A program made the translations under genes and the position numbers. Below the pieces are notes generated by a model. The model did not search any database, was not told the origin of the DNA, and saw nothing but the letters and a program-made list of their open reading frames with translations. A stretch of DNA of 64,000 nucleotides from Andalucia godoyi And28 (Eukaryota; Protista; Jakobida): contig VRVR01000008.1 in NCBI GenBank assembly GCA_009859145.1, positions 257,494 to 321,493 of the forward strand. Direction: 5' to 3'. This document shows positions 60,808 to 64,000 of this stretch, piece by piece. How positions within the stretch are numbered: the stretch's first letter is position 1; the number at the start of each line of letters is the position of its first letter.

Positions 60808-62553
60808 ATGGTTTCTTCGGTATGGGAGAGTCTTGTGTCGCTGATTATTCGTCCTCAGCGCGCAGTGTATGACGCGAGTTTGAATCTTGGATCCAAGTTT
60901 TTCTGGCTTGAAGGCCGTCTTTTCCAGCGGATTGACTTTACACTTTGTAATCCTCGGAGTCTAAAGATTGAGTGTTCGTTCTTCTGTGAAGTGAAGAACC
61001 ACGATTCTGTCTCTTCTCATTCTCATTGTCATTCTAATTCACATTTTCGTACTCATAATCATCACGGGCATGGGCAGAGTGCGAAATCGAGTCGGATTGA
61101 AGGAGTTCCGAGTGTTGATAACGCGGATGTGAGACCATGTGTGATTTACTGTCATGGGAACTGCGGGTGTCGGTGCGATGGGATTGAGGCTGCGCGGGTG
61201 CTGCTGCCTTCCGGGCTGCACTTGTTGGTGTTTGATTTCACTGGGTCTGGAGTTTCCGAGGGCGAGTACGTTTCGCTCGGGTATTTTGAGAAGGAGGACT
61301 TGACGACGGTGTGTTCCTACGCTCGCGCGCATCTGCCGGTATCCACAATTGGGTTGTGGGGTCGCTCGATGGGGGCGGCGACGGCTATCATGTATGCTGC
61401 AGAAGACCCGTCGATTGCTGGGATCGTACTGGACTCGCCATTTGCAAAGCTGACGCAAATCATGCACGAAATGGTCAAGTCATACAAGGGGTGGATCCCG
61501 TCCATGCTCATTGCGGTTGCGATCAAGGCCATGCGAAAGTCAATCAAGGCGAGAGCAAAGTTTGACATTTTCGAGTGCGATCCGCTGCAGTATGCGCCAC
61601 TTTGCTTTGTCCCTGCGCTCTTTGGACACGCCACGGGCGACGAGTTTGTCAAGATCCACCATTCAGAGGCGGTCTTTTCTGCATACGGTGGCGACAAAAA
61701 CTTCGTGAGGCTGCCGGGAGACCACAATTCAGAGCGTCCTGACTTTTGGCTCGACTCCGTTTGCATCTTCTTCTACAATACACTCGTACTACCGGCTTCC
61801 TCTTTTGGAGATGCTCTCCACCATCGGCGACCAGCCGCAGGATTTTCCACGTCTCCGTCTTTTATCTCTTCCGGTCCATCATCGTCGTCGACAAGCCAGA
61901 CGACGGGTAGTAGCAGCGACGGTCTTCATGACAGCAACAGTGCGAGTCATGCTCGGTCGAATTCGAACCCTGCGAACCTCGCCGTGAATGGAAAGCCGCC
62001 GTTGCCACTTCACATCGCAGTACCCTCTCCATCGCCAAAGTCTTCGCTGAGCGCAGATTCATATCATTCGCCGCTTGACGAACGCCGCGAGATAGCAAAA
62101 CACTTGGAAATTGCATCTCCCAAAATGGCGCATATCTTCTTGTCACACGATGCGGATCCAATGCTGGGGACTGCCTCCAGAGTGCGCGCACAGACCGATG
62201 AAACATTTGGCGCGATGATTGTTTCTCCGCGGTTCCGAGTTGCGCCCAGTGTCCGCTTTGACGATTCCGAACAGCTCAACAACGAGATGGAGCTCCAAGC
62301 TTCTCTCCGGGATTTCTACTCCCATGCCGGCCCAGAGTCGCCTTCGATCCGACAAATGCCGGATTCGGTCCTTGTATCTTCAAGATCACAGTCTCCACTC
62401 TGCGACCCATCTCTCGAAGATGACCTCATGTCGTCCTTTCAGCAAGTCCAGTTGGCAAGAGACGCGTTTGAGACTGCAAAACGGACGCAGCACATCCAGG
62501 GTTCCCCAGCTCCATCGGACTCGAGCTCTCTCTCACTATCCCCAAATTATTAG
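60808..62553 (+). CDS. Alpha/beta hydrolase (YqkD-like family) with a disordered C-terminal tail
   Basis: LIIRPQRAVY, PCVIYCHGNCGCR, FDFTGSGVSEGEYVSLGYFEKEDL, nucleophile elbow LWGRSMGAAT, DSPF, GDEFVKIHHS, and catalytic His in GDHNSERP. Confidence 0.92.
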   Translation: MVSSVWESLVSLIIRPQRAVYDASLNLGSKFFWLEGRLFQRIDFTLCNPRSLKIECSFFCEVKNHDSVSSHSHCHSNSHFRTHNHHGHGQSAKSSRIEGVPSVDNADVRPCVIYCHGNCGCRCDGIEAARVLLPSGLHLLVFDFTGSGVSEGEYVSLGYFEKEDLTTVCSYARAHLPVSTIGLWGRSMGAATAIMYAAEDPSIAGIVLDSPFAKLTQIMHEMVKSYKGWIPSMLIAVAIKAMRKSIKARAKFDIFECDPLQYAPLCFVPALFGHATGDEFVKIHHSEAVFSAYGGDKNFVRLPGDHNSERPDFWLDSVCIFFYNTLVLPASSFGDALHHRRPAAGFSTSPSFISSGPSSSSTSQTTGSSSDGLHDSNSASHARSNSNPANLAVNGKPPLPLHIAVPSPSPKSSLSADSYHSPLDERREIAKHLEIASPKMAHIFLSHDADPMLGTASRVRAQTDETFGAMIVSPRFRVAPSVRFDDSEQLNNEMELQASLRDFYSHAGPESPSIRQMPDSVLVSSRSQSPLCDPSLEDDLMSSFQQVQLARDAFETAKRTQHIQGSPAPSDSSSLSLSPNY

Positions 62554-62766
62554 TGTCTCCCAGACTCCTAGTCTCATCATAATCATATTAATTATGCCCA
62601 CCAACAGCGTCTTCGTGACGTAACAAACAAGAAAAACAACAATTACAACAGCAATAATAATGATGATGATTCAAGTTCCTGATTATCACGATGCACGACT
62701 TGAAAGTCCGGCAATAACCGCAAACGGAACCAGACAATCCGACGGTTTTTGGATTGTTGTTGTTGC

Positions 62767-62810
<44 letters not shown>
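62767..62810. repeat. (TAT)n microsatellite flanked by GAT/GTT triplets
   Basis: About 14 consecutive TAT/ATT units, read directly. Confidence 0.97.
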
Positions 62811-62811
<1 letters not shown>

Positions 62812-62899
62812 TGTTGTTGTTATTCTTCTGATTAATGTATAAAGAATCCTGAGAAGGGAAAGAAAAAGGGAAGGAGAAGAAACCCGAGATTGGCAAGGA

Positions 62900-64000
62900 A
62901 TGTCTCGATTTTGCAAGGCGACGTGGGTTCATGATGCGATCAATGTAATCCGAGCAGACTACAAACGATCTTCCGATACGCATCTTCACAAACCGAGCCT
63001 TCCTCTTCTTGAGAGCGCGGGGATCCACATCTACCTAAAGGACGAATCGACACATCCGACAGGGTCTCTCAAGCACCGTCTTGCACGATCGCTCTTCCTA
63101 TACGCGCTATGCAACGGTTGGATCCATAATGGAACGACGATTATTGAAGCGTCGTCTGGGTCGACTGCAGTCTCCGAAGCGTACTTCGCACGTCTTTTGC
63201 AGCTTCCGTTTGTGGCGGTGATGCCGAAAACAACTTCGCCCGAAAAGATTGCGCAAATCGAGTTTTATGGCGGAAAGGCACATCTCGTGGACTCGGCCGC
63301 ATCAGTGATTCAGGAGTCTGAGATCCTGGCCAAGCAAACGGGGGGCCATTTTATGAACCAGTTTTTGTACGCAGAGCGTGCGACAGACTGGCGATCGAAC
63401 AACAACATTGCAGAGAGCATTCTTTCGCAGATGGAAAATGAGCTGTTTCCCACTCCGGCGGCGGTAATCGTGGGCGCAGGAACAGGAGGAACGGCTGCGA
63501 CAATCTCTCGATACTGCCGATTCTCCGCTGCGCGGACCCGTGTCATCGTTGCAGATCCTGAAAATTCAGTCTTTTTCAGCTGCTGGAAGCGCCACCACAA
63601 CATCGAGAGCACAGAAGGGGCGGAGGACAAGACGGCAACGGCAGAGGCAGGAGAAGGGGAAGGGAGAGTAATCCGCTCGTCAAGGGTCGAGGGGATTGGT
63701 CGTCTGAACTGCGAGCCCTCGTTTGTACCGGGGTGTGTGGACGGCATGGTCAAGGTCCCGGATGCTGCGTCGTTTGGAGCGATGCGAGTGTTGCATCATG
63801 TTATTGGAAAGCGGCCGGGGGGATCGTCTGGAACATGTTTTTATGCTACGCTGCTGGCGGCTCGCGACATGCTGGCAAAGGGCGAGCGGGGATCGCTCGT
63901 GACTCTTGTGTGCGACTCCGGCGAGCGCTACCTGCACACTTACTACAACGACTCGTGGCTTACCGACCAACGTATCAACATTGCGCCGTACGAACACCAA
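62900..64000 (+). CDS. PLP-dependent cysteine synthase-family protein, Cds1-type L-cysteine desulfhydrase; 3' end beyond the window (absent from ORF track)
   Basis: Manual translation from ATG 62900: MSRFCKATWVHDAINVIRADYKRSSDTHL...IYLKDESTHPTGSLKHRLARSLFLYALCNGWI...EASSGSTAVSEAYFAR...YAERATDWRSNNNIAESI...VGAGTGGTAATISRY...EGIGR..EPSF...GGSSGT...VTLVCDSGERYLHTYYNDSWL. The frame is open to position 64000. Confidence 0.93.
   Translation, partial: MSRFCKATWVHDAINVIRADYKRSSDTHLHKPSLPLLESAGIHIYLKDESTHPTGSLKHRLARSLFLYALCNGWIHNGTTIIEASSGSTAVSEAYFARLLQLPFVAVMPKTTSPEKIAQIEFYGGKAHLVDSAASVIQESEILAKQTGGHFMNQFLYAERATDWRSNNNIAESILSQMENELFPTPAAVIVGAGTGGTAATISRYCRFSAARTRVIVADPENSVFFSCWKRHHNIESTEGAEDKTATAEAGEGEGRVIRSSRVEGIGRLNCEPSFVPGCVDGMVKVPDAASFGAMRVLHHVIGKRPGGSSGTCFYATLLAARDMLAKGERGSLVTLVCDSGERYLHTYYNDSWLTDQRINIAPYEHQ

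Overview
This is a 64-kb window of a compact, intron-poor eukaryotic nuclear genome. Genes are densely packed on both strands, separated by short AT-rich or CT/AG-rich spacers, and use the standard code. Only two introns are well supported (GTATG..AG, 119 and 122 nt). The ciliary genes (two LC4-type EF-hand dynein light chains, crescerin/TOGARAM1) indicate a flagellate. The style is compatible with an intron-poor free-living protist such as a jakobid, but the taxon cannot be fixed from sequence alone. I support about 24 protein genes and one tRNA-Leu(CAG). Named genes are SBDS, a SPOUT methyltransferase, TAF1, two GH20 hexosaminidases, SDS22, GFAT, DNA-PKcs (the two track ORFs joined by one intron), VOA1/Ac45-like, MZT1, CCT2, ASH2L-like, CPSF30, TOGARAM1, EFTUD2 (N-terminal exon recovered) and an alpha/beta hydrolase. 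There is also a 3839-aa orphan. Two genes missing from the ORF track run off the window ends: an LC4 paralog at 1-377 and a Cds1-type cysteine desulfhydrase at 62900-64000. I found no CRISPR array, rRNA or recognisable mobile element, and I cannot demonstrate a new multi-gene system. The best leads are: a mini-protein with an ungapped match to the Na,K-ATPase beta-subunit anchor but no ectodomain; an archaeal-type SBDS head-to-head with a YfiF-like methyltransferase next to a tRNA; the giant putatively myristoylated PH-TPR-LRR-ARM protein; an exactly duplicated 74-bp element upstream of GFAT; and a CPSF30 lacking ZF1 with altered AAUAAA-reading residues. All family assignments come from remembered motifs; no searches were run.
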